The position numbers and the translations under genes were made by a program. From contig JBJCIZ010000528.1 in NCBI GenBank assembly GCA_051294375.1, positions 1-40,446 on the forward strand: 40,446 bases of DNA, read 5' to 3'. The first letter of the stretch is position 1. Each line of letters begins with the position of its first letter. Shown here piece by piece: positions 1-11,580 of the stretch. The notes beneath the pieces are model-generated. The model did no database searches and was not told the origin of the DNA. It saw nothing but the letters and a program-made list of their open reading frames with translations. The DNA comes from Paraspadella gotoi (taxonomy: Eukaryota; Animalia; Chaetognatha).

Positions 1-153
1 TTGATGGGACGCCAAAGGACGAGATCCATCCATGAACGAAAGCGTCGATGACCGTTTTGGCAGAGATGTCCTTCATGGGGATCGCTACTGGCCAACGAGT
101 AAAGCGATCCACCGCTGTGAGGACATAATTGAATCCGTTAGAAGGGGGAAGGG
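1..153 (-). pseudogene. Ty3/gypsy integrase core (rve) fragment, runs off the window edge
   Basis: Manual minus-strand translation: LPPSNGFNYVLTAVDRFTRWPVAIPMKDISAKTVIDAFVHGWISSFGVPS, the typical gypsy integrase stretch just after the first catalytic Asp. Joined abruptly to unrelated AT-rich DNA at ~154. Confidence 0.9.
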
Positions 154-423
154 TTGAAGGGAAGGAGAGAGGTGGGTGGTTAGGAGAAGGCAAGACTTCA
201 GCCTAAATTCATTCACTTCTTGCCTACCTGAGGAGAAGTTTAAATCCGCTTGACATCTTGCTTGTTCATCTCGTTGGTGTATTTGTTGTAGAATAGAGAT
301 TTTAGAATTCGAATTAGATACAGACTAGATTTGATGAATAAGTTTCTAAGGCAGATTCGAGTCGGATAGTTCTATTGTATGATGAAAAATTTCTAAGGAG
401 TTATTTAGTTCAGAAGGTTGGTT

Positions 424-1374
424 TTATTCTTCAACAAAGGAGAGATCGTTGTTCCAATCATGATTCTGTCTAAAAATAACCACTTTTTTCGCCCACTTAT
501 CTAAAAGGTGTGGCATCCGTTTGGAGAGCAGATCCGCCATGATGGCCGCACGGTCGAGGTCTGCAAGTCGGTCCGTCTCCTTCGCGAGGTCGTACACCTG
601 CTGCAAAGTGATCAGAAGACCATGATGACCTGCTGAGTCCTTTCAATCGAGCTTCAGACCGCCGAGGATCTGTTCAATCATCTCGTTGGTCGTCGTCCGC
701 TTCATTCCCCACTTTCTCTTGAGAACGCCGAGGGCATCGCTAAGAGCTGCGGTAGCGTCGTATCGAGATAGAAATTGATCGATGGAACGCTTGGGAAGAC
801 CGTCGAACCAGTGAGGAAGCTCCTTCAACTTCATTGGATCCGTAGCGCCCTCCAACGCGCAGACGCTGACGTTGAAATCGCGAAGTTGATGCTCAAAGTC
901 TAAACGTGACGAAGTCTTGTCGACCTTGATCTTTGGGCGTTGCTGCTGAAGCATTTGGTAGGCAAGCGTTTGAGCTTGAATCTCCAAGAAGCCCGTAGCC
1001 ATCGCAGCGGAGCGGACGAAGGCTGCCTCGAACGGCGCCGCATCAGAGGATGACGCCGTTTGATGCCTTGAGGGGACAGAGACGTTCGTTACCGCGCAAG
1101 TCGGCGAAACATCTCTTTCAATAGAAGCCGGCGTTTCGGCGATCATCGCCGCAGCGGCAGGAATGCCAGCAGGCGGGGTAGGCGTGGAACCAGGGGGAGG
1201 ATTCACTCCCCTCATTCTCGACACCTCACGACGCAATCCTTCATTAAAGAGTTCCCTTATTGCGTCGCGCAAAAACTCATTGAAACGAACTGCGGATTGG
1301 CGAATGCAGCGGCAGGTGGAAACGACATCGGTTCCTTCCAACGCCCGCTGCACCGCCGCACAGTGTATCCACAC
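424..1374 (-). pseudogene. BEL/Pao LTR retrotransposon gag-like (DUF1759-like) region with one in-frame stop
   Basis: ORFs 643..1374 and 424..606 are in frame, separated only by TGA at 643-645. The pattern DFEHQLRDF..TDPMKLKELPHWFDGLPKRSI..ALGVLKRKWG..IEQIL..LLSKRMPHLLDKW..LSF resembles BEL/Pao Gag (judged by eye). Confidence 0.7.
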
Positions 1375-1979
1375 GTGGAAAAGTCATGTAAATCACTTTT
1401 AGCGATTTCTATTGATTTTTGACAAATATCTTGTCTTATAAATTCCTTTGCCATTTCTATAAACGTTATTTGTCGTTTTTTGTCTTAGTACGGAATTATT
1501 ATTTTCATGCGGTCTTTGCGATGCAAATTGATTATTTTTGATTGCGGTTTGGTTACCACAACATTAATCACGTCAGAAATAACTAATTTTTATTAAAAAA
1601 CTATATTTTTAATAATCAATCCAACAGCTCTTCGCTACAGGTTTCTTTTGACATATATTAATTTTTATTAATTTGTAGAATGAAAGTTCAATACAGTGGC
1701 ATTAAGTTGGCATAAGTGATTTAGAAAATGAACATGAGCCTCAGGATTTTCCTTAAGTTCCACTTTAAAAGTTGTCGGATATTTAGGGATCATCGAAATT
1801 TAACTTCAAAAGGCATTCAATGGCTGGGGTGTGTCTGAGACATAAACCGCCGCTGTTGCGGTTTTTGCGGTTTTTCGATTTGTAAGAAAGAAATCTGACA
1901 ATGCAAGTAGACTAGGTTTATGTAAATCCGAAATTTTTTATTTTCTATAATAATTAACAAGAAGTTGCGGAAGGCGACG

Positions 1980-2104
1980 AAAGAGAGAGAGAGAGAAAAG
2001 AGAGAGAGAAAAAGAGAGAGAGAGAGATATGAGAGAGAGAGAAAGAGAGAGAGAGAGATAAGAGATGCGTAACTATCAGCCGCTTCTTCGTTTTTGACAA
2101 TCAG

Positions 2105-2150
<46 letters not shown>

Positions 2151-2191
2151 AGGAGAGAGAGAGAGAGAGAGAGAAAAAGAAAGAGAGATCC

Positions 2192-2223
<32 letters not shown>

Positions 2224-2320
2224 AGAGATTCCGAACTTTAAGCCTGCTGCTTTTTGGAATAATCATAAAGAAAGATAGAGAGAAAGAGAGAGAAAAAGAG
2301 AGAGAGAGAGAGAGAAAAAA
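1980..2320. repeat. Imperfect (GA)n microsatellite cluster
   Basis: Long interrupted GAGAGA runs; these explain the RE/SL-repeat spurious ORFs. Confidence 0.95.
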
Positions 2321-2351
2321 AATCTAAAGAATAGGAATCGGAGCCTCCCTT

Positions 2352-2600
2352 CAATGATAACCAAATTTGGTGCGATGATAACCAAAATGAATTGATGCGA
2401 ATGATAACCGAATTATTGACGATAAACCATAATTGATGCGATGATACAATGATCCGATTTTATGATTACCAAAGATTGATGTGATAATAACTCAAATGGT
2501 TGATGCAATGATAGTCATTCATTGATGTGATGATAATCATTCATTTGATAAGATGATAGTCATTCATTGATGCGATGATAGGTCCATTCTTGACTCAATG
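2352..2600 (+). repeat. ~21-22-bp degenerate minisatellite (attgatgcgatgataaccaaa-like)
   Basis: About 10-11 visible tandem copies of tgatg(c/t)gatgata(a/g)... Confidence 0.85.
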
Positions 2601-3457
2601 CAATCAAATCTACATAAATAAGAACAAAGCAAATGCGTGTTTGAGTGAAAGATATTGAGAGAAAAGAAGAGAGAGATTGAAAAGAGAGAGAGAAAAGAAG
2701 TGAATAATCCACAGAAAATCTCGGATGTGAATTTGGGATTTTGCATTGAAAAAAATCGCGAAATAAATGGCGATAATAAAGTTTTTTAAAAGGAAAAAAT
2801 ATTCCAAAATTTTTTTAAAAAAAACGAATCACGCAAGAGATCCGTACACAGAGAGAGAGACAGAAAGGAGAAAAGACAGACAGAAACAGAGATAGCTGAA
2901 CAAGACCGCTGGAAAGGCAAGCTAACAGTCACTGCAGAGCCTGAACTTGTTTTTAAAGGGTTTAGAAAAGGCACAACTGACAAAAATAAGAAGAAAAATT
3001 TATAATAATTTAAAGAAATAAAAGAAAGGAAAAAAATGTTACAATGTTTACAATTGGAAATTTTTACAAATTTTTTAGTATACCTCTTCTTATAATTTAA
3101 CGTTTGTAAATAAAAAATTTTTCTCGACTGTATTTTGCATTATTTAAAAACCTTTGAGTATTTAATAACTCTAATTTGCATATTGTAGTAATATATTTTT
3201 AAGAAATGAAGAATAAAAAAAAATCTTAGGAAACTTACCATTTATAGAGCATGAACATATTAATTAGATATGCATTCTAACATTAAAACCATAAATAGAA
3301 TTGAAGTACTCAAAGCAAAATGAAGTGTAATACTTGCAATTACTTTTCATCAAAACAAGTTCGCAAGGATAAAGCTTTTTGCTAATAGATAAATCAAAAA
3401 CAGAAATTATTGAGGTGGGTGGTTGGTGGCTTAAATGCATTAGAAATAAGCGCGGAA

Positions 3458-4045
3458 TTCTGCTGTCCACTTACTAAATGGCTTCAAGTGTAGTGGTTAC
3501 AGGTGGGTACGAGGCTGGTAGAAATTTTTTCTGCTGTCCACCTTACTATGAGCTTCAATAGTGTAGTGGTTACAGGTGGGTAGCGAAGGCTGTATGAAAT
3601 TTTCTGCCTGTCGCACCTTACTATGGCTTCATAGTGTAGTGGTTACAGGTGGGTAGCGAGCTGTATGAAATTTTCTTGCTGTCCACCTTACTATGTTCCA
3701 TAGTGTAGTGGTTACAGGTGGGTAGCCGGAGCTGTAAATGAATTTTTCTGCTGTGCACCTACTATGGCTTCATAGTGTAGTGGTTATCAGGTGGGTAGGC
3801 GAGGCTGTATGAAATTTTTCTTGCTGTCCATTGTATCTAGTGGTAAGTGTAGCGAGAGCGAGGCTGTATGAAATTTCTGCTGTCCCACCTTACTATGCTT
3901 CATAGTGTAGTGGTTTACGGTGGGTAGCGAGCCTGTATGAAATTGTTTCTGCTGTCATCTCTTACTATGGCTTCATAGTGTAGTGGTTTACAAGGTGGTA
4001 GGCGAAGGCTGTATGAAATATTTCTGGGACTGGCTGTCACCTACT
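3458..4045 (+). repeat. ~70-bp tandem satellite, about 8 copies, hairpin-forming
   Basis: Consensus ctgctgtccaccttactatggcttcatagtgtagtggttacaggtgggtagcgaggctgtatgaaatttt(t); copies differ mostly by indels. Confidence 0.95.
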
Positions 4046-6200
4046 AACACTCAGTATGCGCCGCCCTCCTCGCATCCAGTTCCGGTTCCGGCGGATGAGT
4101 CACGATCGTCGACGAATTGACGCCGACTTTGTTGAGACGTAGGCATTCATGGCAGTGAATCGTCAAATCATTCGACGGAGTTGGATGTGAAGACGGTTGA
4201 CGACTGTTGGAGAGAGGGCTCATGACGGGGGGAGATGACTGAGCCCGACCCACTCGCCGTACGCGATGTTGAAGGCGTAAGACGTTGAAACAGGTCTCTC
4301 ATTTCGCCAAGAACTCGTATTACCGGCCTCTGCAAATCTTCACTCTTCTCTCAATTCTTTCCATCTCTTCCTACTTGCGTTTTCGGCGGAGCGGCGGTAC
4401 ACAACGTCGTACTCCGCCGATTCACGCAACTCTCTCAATCTATCCGAGCTCCCATGAAGAGTCGAAACTGTAACAAAATCCGCGCACTTCCATCGACCGA
4501 CGCGAGACGCTTCATCAATAATCGAGCTAACCATTTATTTTCTGTTGGCGACAAGATTGATTGATTGAAGACTCTGCTCCTCGTCGATCCAGATTAATTG
4601 GCGACGTCGTCCCTGGAGATGCCGCTGCGACCCTGCTGCGATGCCTGACACCGGCACAGCCCGGCTGACACTCCTGGGCTAACGCTTCCACATCTTCGTC
4701 GTCTTTGTGAGTAGAGTTGTATTTCTCTCGTGCGCTGATCATCCACAACGCCGAAACGGCGTCAAACGGAAAATGACGGACGTTGCTGATTCGAAGTAAT
4801 CTTCTAGAGTCGGTGAGGGGACGTAAATGGTCGGGTGGACGCAGCGTAGTCGTCGTCGGGATGGTTGCAGCTGAAGGGACAGGTTGGGCGTTAAGTCCCG
4901 ATTCTTCTTCTGCGTCGTCGTCATCCGTGCTGCGGCGGATACGGAGCGTCCTGTGGATGCTGATGCTTTCAACCAATGAAACACGTGTCGACATGAATTG
5001 GCCCGCGAATCGAGCTGACGGCAATGCCCAAGGATGTTGCTGAGGCGATCGAGGACTCCGACAAAAGTTCCAACGCCTCGTCATTCCATCTACCTCTTGT
5101 AATCGTGGAACGGATAATTTCATCAAGTTGCCTTAAGAGTGAATCTATCCGCGTTGGCTTCCGCAATGTTTTCCTCCGTCGGAGTGGTTTTGGCGCGATC
5201 GTACGAAATCGCTTGAGCCTCGATCACCTGGTCGACGTTGAGGTTCCGTAGGAAGACGTCGCATTCCTGAAAGGTCTGACTCGTCGGGAATAGTCATTTC
5301 CGCCGTGAAGAAGAGTTGTTGATATCTCGGATGGCTAAGTTTGGGAGAGGGTATCAGCCGGTCGTCTTGAAGTTGTCAATGTCTCTCTCTTTCGCCGCAC
5401 TAGTGCAAGCTTAATCTCGTCTTACAAACAAACGGCGAGGTCCACAAAAGACGCCGAAAGGGGAGTTCCATGAAGGCTTTCGGCACTCAAGCTTCTCGAC
5501 GCTATTTTGATTGCTGGCGCGCTTACTTCTTCCCGTTCCTATTCGTCGCCGCCGATGGCACAACAAGACGGCGTTGAAGTCGAAGGAAGGCTTCGCGAAG
5601 TTCGGTGGCAGCCAAAAAACGCAAAGACGAAGTAGTAAAACAAGTCGAAACCGGACTTCAATCTCACTGCCAGTTTTCGAGAAGGAGCGGCGATGCACAA
5701 TCCGCCAAAGTATCTAAAAACGATGACGGCGTCGTCGCTTGTCCGAGGATCCCTAATCGCAATGAAAGCAGTCCCGAAGGCGCCGCCGGATCCTTACGTC
5801 TGATGGTTGATTGATCAAATCTTCCGTCGTAATGGAATCGTCGACTCGTTCGGCACCTAGAGACCGACGCAGTGGATCTTCTTCCCAACGGTCTCCGCAG
5901 ATTCTGGTTGAGGATTAGAGAGCCTTCGACGAAGCACTTGAGCAGGTGTTCCGCAACGAGACTTCTAATGTATTGAACTAAGTTGGAGAAGTGGCGTTTT
6001 TTGAATTCTAACTGACTGACTAATTCTGCGCATGAAGACCAGATGGAATCGGGTATAAAATGGCGCAGAAGAGACGATGGCGCCGGTCAGACGCCCTGGA
6101 GATGCGCGACAGAAGTGTCTCGAGAATGACGTCGGCTAAGGCCGAAGGACGACGACTGCACAAGCCAGGACTTGACGAAATGTCTGATGTAAGTCTGATG
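4044..6200 (-). pseudogene. Degraded GC-rich coding-like region of unknown identity, probably TE-derived
   Basis: Sharp GC/CpG shift against the flanks and protein-like minus-strand fragments across frames (e.g. HFSNLVQYIRSLVAEHLLKCFVEGSLILNQNL; TFQECDVFLRNLNVDQVIEAQAISYDRAK; LRELRESAEYDVVYRR). No motif recognised. Confidence 0.4.
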
Positions 6201-7389
6201 TAGAAGTGTGTAGAAGTCTGTGTGTGTAGGAAGTTTAGAAGTCCTGGGCAAGAGATAACAAACATTTAGTACAAACTCAGCAAATATATATAATTTAAAG
6301 TGTCTTTCTACTTGTTTCTGAAGCCAATAATAACAAAAAAGAGATGCTTCTCTCATAGAAAAGTCCACCAAACCAGCGATCACACAAAAAATAAGTTTCC
6401 GAGATATCTAAAAGAGAGTTTAATGCTCTGAAAAGAACTAAAAACCCAGTGACAACTTTGAGATCTGAAGATCCACGTGGTCAGAATTCGATAAAAATCT
6501 TAATCGAAATCTATCGAAATCACGGGCACCAGAATCAGCTGTACACTGCCTTCGGAATCTGTACTTAAGTATAAACAAAGAGAAGAGCCTAAAGATGTGT
6601 GCGATCGCTAGAAGGGCATTTTCGATGTCAGTAATAAAGACAAAAGAGCAACGGGGAAAAGGTAGAGAAGCTGGATTCCTCGTAATATAAAAGATAGTAT
6701 ATCGCTTCGTCAACCAGTGCTTGATAGAATAAGACTTATAAACTCGTACTTGTTATTTACTGTAGTCAATAGGATTTCAAAAAAAAGTAAATATCCTGCT
6801 AATAGTTACGGGGAAAGAGTATTACAAATACAAAATTCTACACAGGAAGGTGATTGCATAAATTCATTATAATAATTATATCTTTATTTAAAGCAGAAAA
6901 AGCATTCTGAAAACATACATAAACTGGTGTTATGTAGTTTTAATACAGCTGATACTGCTGCTAACCTCGCATGCTACTGCTACCGTGTCGCTGCTACTGC
7001 TGCTGCGCCTGCATTACTGGAATGTTGCAGCACTTTGATTACTGCTTTATTATACTTTCATAACTGTTTCTTCTTCCTGATTTTCTGATTCACTTCAAAA
7101 GGATTTGAAGGAAACGACATTGTGGCAGGTCATGAGCGACTGACATCTTAGCTATTTGATTATCAAATTGCTTTATTCTTCACATGAGGTCGGCATGTAT
7201 CCCTATATTCGTATGAGGACTAACACGCTTTCTAATTTCTAAAATGATTTATTAATACTTTAAGTTAAATAGTTTTATAATAAGCCATGCTTACAGTAAA
7301 TCATTTTAAAAATAAAATATTTCTTTCTAGAATACGCGCATGCTAATCCAATGAAAGTATTTTCCATAACAGAAAACCGTATTAAAATT

Positions 7390-7442
7390 GGAAGAATGAT
7401 GCAAGTTGAAAAAATCTTAGCAATCGTCGCATTGCATAAAAT

Positions 7443-7474
<32 letters not shown>

Positions 7475-7809
7475 AAAGAGACATAAAATAAATATAATTA
7501 ATTAATGATTAATTAAAAATATTAATTAATCAATAATAATAATTATTTATTAATTATAATATTAATTAATTAATTAATGATTAGATTTGTACATAATATT
7601 AATTATTAATAATTATTTTTTTTAATTAATTAATTATTTATTAATTATATTTATTATTAATAATTAATTATTTTTTAATTATTATAATTATTAATAATTA
7701 TTTATTAATACATTTACTATATTATTTATATACTTATTAATTAATTAATTTTAATTTATTAATTAATTATCGTAGGCAGATCCTGACACTTGTTTGCTCA
7801 AACTTGTTT
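7390..7809 (+). mobile_element. 3' part of a Helentron-type non-autonomous element (HINE)
   Basis: Matches ~11095-11580: gcaatcgtcgc, (GA)n, (TAAT)n and the terminus tatcgtaggcagatcc(t)gaca..ttgtttgctcaaacttgttt. Confidence 0.75.
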
Positions 7810-8560
7810 CCATTTAAACATCATTGTTCACTGCACACAATTCCGTCGAAACTTTATATCGCAGCTTTATCACAACTTTCCCTACCCACACACAAAATTT
7901 CATTCCACATCCGGCATAGTCAGCCAAGTGCAGCGAAGTTATGAGGCTTTTTGCTAAGGTGGACAGATGGACGGGATTGATTGAGCTGTCTAATTGATTA
8001 CCTAACTGATTAATTACTTGGATTATTAATACATCCTGCAATACATTAAATTAAAAGTAAAAAGAATCATAATCAATTAGTGAACAGGTTGTTTTGTTTC
8101 TTTTTCGGCATTTAAACTCGATTTCGCAGTCAAAAGATTCCATGCAGAAAACTTGGTTCTGTTCAAAGTTCACAGCACGTCTTTCTTTACTCACATACAA
8201 AATTCAGTCAATCGATAATTAAGTAGGTAATAACTAACTTTGCGTCAACTTGCATAATTTAATCAACTTGCAATAATTTTGGTCAACTGACATAGATTTG
8301 GTTAAGCTAATAATTTTGGTCTTCTGAGCATAATTGTGGTCAAGCCGTGTATCTATAATTTGATCAATTAAGATCAGTTGGTTTCGCAATTGTCAAACTG
8401 CGCATATGGTATGTCACTGCCGTGGAATAATCTTGGTCAACTAGGCATATTTTGGTCAACTAGCATAATTTGGTCGAAACAGATTATTGAAGCTTAAATT
8501 GGCAAACTGGGCTATAATTTTTGTCAATTGGCATAAGTTTGTCAAGTCAATCAGATCAAT
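7810..8560 (-). mobile_element. Rearranged internal fragments of the same HINE family, including ~19-bp caacttgcataatttt tandem repeats (~8235-8545)
   Basis: Reverse-complement similarity to 10629-10672 and 10782-10833; noisy 19-mer array. Confidence 0.65.
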
Positions 8561-8879
8561 CAAATCAATTCAAGCTGCATGCAATTACAAGTCATCACTA
8601 TCAATCAATCAATTAGATTATGAGAGAGAGAGAGAACTTTTAAAAATTCAATAAAACTGTGTCTTTTGGTTATTACCAATTTGAACTCTTTTCCACAGCG
8701 CTAGACGGATTCCAGTCAAAAAAGTTTTAATGTCCACGAGCTTTATCACATACTTTTCTTACGAGCACTCAAGCTAGGCAAGCGCTCCTCCGGAATTAAT
8801 GGCGAGTTTATCTATCCGCAATGTTTTTAATAACTAATAAATTATGAGTAAATTTAAGACTAAAATCTTCAGATGTTAA

Positions 8880-9421
8880 ATATACTTTTGTTTTTTTCTA
8901 TTGTTAAGTTCATTGTCCACTGCGACGATCGGTCCAGTCAATTCCTTAGATCGCAGCCTCAATCACACAGCGGCTTTCCTAGCCAGTCATAAGCACCAGA
9001 TTTCAGAAGTCAATGCCCTATCCACTCATGGAGCAATAGCGCGTTCAAGATATGGAAATTGGATATTTTTTGTTTTTTCCATTAAACGCAATTCTCACTC
9101 GCGACTGATGTCCCCGAACTTCAATAGTCCATCTCCATCCACAGCCGCAGTTCCTACCCACCACAAATTTCATACCAATTCCTCCCCATCGCAATCACGA
9201 GTATTGGAGTTTTTTGCTAAGGTCGGGGCGGATGGAGCGGTACGGAACGGATGGACGGACATCATTTTTTTTGCCAATAATTTATTCAATAATTCATGTT
9301 TCTGACATGATATAAGGCAGCTAGTGGTGCCCGATAATTGGAGGGGGCCAGCACAGGCGACGACGACAGAAGTGGAATTAATAGGAGTCGGGATCTGCTG
9401 ATAAGCAGATCCGACTAAAAA
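8880..9421 (-). mobile_element. 5' part of a HINE copy, inverted relative to 10127-11580
   Basis: gagtcgggatctgctgataagcagatccgactaaaaa (9385-9421) is the reverse complement of the 5' end at 10127-10163; degenerate GGAC repeat at ~9225-9260. Confidence 0.85.
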
Positions 9422-10126
9422 TACTTTAATCTACTTTACATATTGCAGTAAATAATATTGAAGATAAAATTCATAAAAAAACTTTCAATCTATAATAAAC
9501 ATGTGAAATCAAAAGACCTTTTTAATGAGAAGCTATATCTTATTTTTGATACAAATAAAAATAAAATCTTTTACAACATATGATTGGAAAAAATTGGAAT
9601 AATTTCCAATTGTAAACAATTGTAACATTTTTTGCCTTTCTTTTATTTTTTTAAATTAAGTATATTACACTGTTTTTTTTAACCATGCAGTCGAAAATTT
9701 TCACAATCCTGTACAGTTTCTAGTATAATTTTAAGTGCTTAAAACGATTAACAAGGTGTCGTCATTAAGATTTTGCATTAGACCTATGCACAATTTACCG
9801 GAAGTTGGCGAGGACTACAATATGGAATTTAGTACAAATGAAAAGTTAGGCAGTTGTTTTTACTTATCCTGCAATTAGTATAATTATTTAATAAGTATTA
9901 CTTAGACAAAAAATGTTCAAAAAAGGGTTTTCATCAATAGTGGGCGTGTCCCAAACCAGAAATAGTGCTCGATAATCAATTAAATATGTATTATTAAAAA
10001 TTTTGATCTATTCTGACTGCTAATCGTTTTTTACTGTTATATGACAGTTTTTTAACAAAGGATTATCATCCATATCATAAAAAAATCCTTTCATATTTTT
10101 CAATTATTACATCTTAAAAAGGTTCA

Positions 10127-10286
10127 TTTTTAGTCGGATCTGCTTATCAGCAGATCCCGACTCTATAATTCACTTTGTCGGTCCGTCGGTCCGCCCCCTC
10201 AATATTGTCGGGCACTAACTTATATCATGTCAGAACATTGAATTATGATAAATTTTGCAAAAAAATTGATGTCCGTCCGTCCGTCC

Positions 10287-10329
<43 letters not shown>

Positions 10330-11451
10330 CGTCCGTCCGTCCGTCCCACCTTAGCAAAAAACACCAATTACTCGTGATTGCATGGATGGATTGGAATGAA
10401 ATTTTGTGTGCGGGTAGGGACGTGTGTGATTGAGATGTATATGAAGTTTCGAGGAAATCGGGCGAGTGGAAACTGGTTTAAATGGAAAAAACAAAAAAAT
10501 ATAATTCACTATTTGAACACCATTGCTCATGAGTGGATGGGGCGATTGGGCCTGGAATTTATATGTGGGTAGGAAAGTGTGTTATTGAACAGGAAATCAA
10601 GTTCGATGGAATTCGTTTGAGTGAAAATGAGTTTAAATGGAAAAAACAAAAACCTGTTTCACTAATTGATTATGCCTTCTTTTCTTTTATATAAATGTTA
10701 TGCAGGCTTATTATAAATCAAATAAGTAATCAGTTAATTAATCAATTAGTCAATTAATTAATCAATAATCATTAATAACAAGATATAAAGTTTTGACGGA
10801 ATTGTGCAGTGGAAATGAGTTTATAATGGAAAAAACATAAGTTCACATTTACTTGAATCTTATATGATTATGATTACTAATAAATGTTTTAATTAATAAT
10901 AATTAATTAATTAATGTGAAAAAATGATGCAATTTAAAAAAATTATGCAAGTTGAAAAAATGATGCAAGTTGAAAAAACGATGCCAGTGAAAGAATATCA
11001 AGTTGAAAAAGATGATGCAAATTGAAAAAATGATGCAAATTGAAAAAATGATGCAATTGAAAAAATGATCGCAAAATGAAAAATGATGCAAGTGGAAAAA
11101 TGATGCAAGTTAAAAAAATTTATATAAGCAATCGTCGCAATTGCATAAAAAAGAGAAACAAGAGAGAGAGAGAGAGAGAGAAAGAGACATAAATAAAATA
11201 TAATAATTAATTAATTAAAAATTAATTAATTAATAAATTAATAATTATTATTTTTAATAATTAATAATTAATTAATAATTAATTAATTAATTAATTAATT
11301 AATTAATTAATTAATTAATTAATTAATTAATTAATTAATTATTAATAATTATTAATAAATATATATTATTAATTTATTAATTAATTAATTTTTAATTAAT
11401 TCATTAATTAATTAATTTTTAATTAATTAATTATTTATATTTTATTTTATG

Positions 11452-11482
<31 letters not shown>

Positions 11483-11580
11483 TTAATTAATAATTAATTA
11501 ATAATTAATTAATTAATTAATTATTAATTAATTAATTAATTATCGTAGGCAGATCCGACATTGTTTGCTCAAACTTGTTT
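10127..11580 (+). mobile_element. Complete Helentron-associated interspersed element (HINE / DINE-1-like), ~1.45 kb
   Basis: T-rich start; subterminal IR gtcggatctgc (10133-10143) with a nearby partner (10150-10162) and a 3' partner gcagatccgac (11549-11559); (GTCY)n at 10271-10345; internal ~150-170-bp subrepeats; 3' stem-loop gtttg-ct-caaac then ttgttt. This is the established DINE-1/HINE layout. Confidence 0.85.
10915..11115 (+). repeat. ~18-20-bp tandem repeat aaaaaatgatgcaagttg inside the HINE
   Basis: About 10 copies; related units at 16233-16290, 20720-20790 and 29998-30078. Confidence 0.9.

Noticed and set aside
1817-2983. Ser/Leu- and Arg/Glu-rich ORFs
   Set aside because: Translations of the GA microsatellite.
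3458-4045. CRISPR array, tRNA gene array, or HDV/hammerhead ribozyme array
   Set aside because: No unique spacers, no B box or cloverleaf, ctgtatgaaa is not a hammerhead core, and an HDV fit needs an implausibly long L3.
6940-7140. Possible host exon with a CAG/CTG-rich tract
   Set aside because: No sustained open frame, recognisable motif or convincing splice pair.
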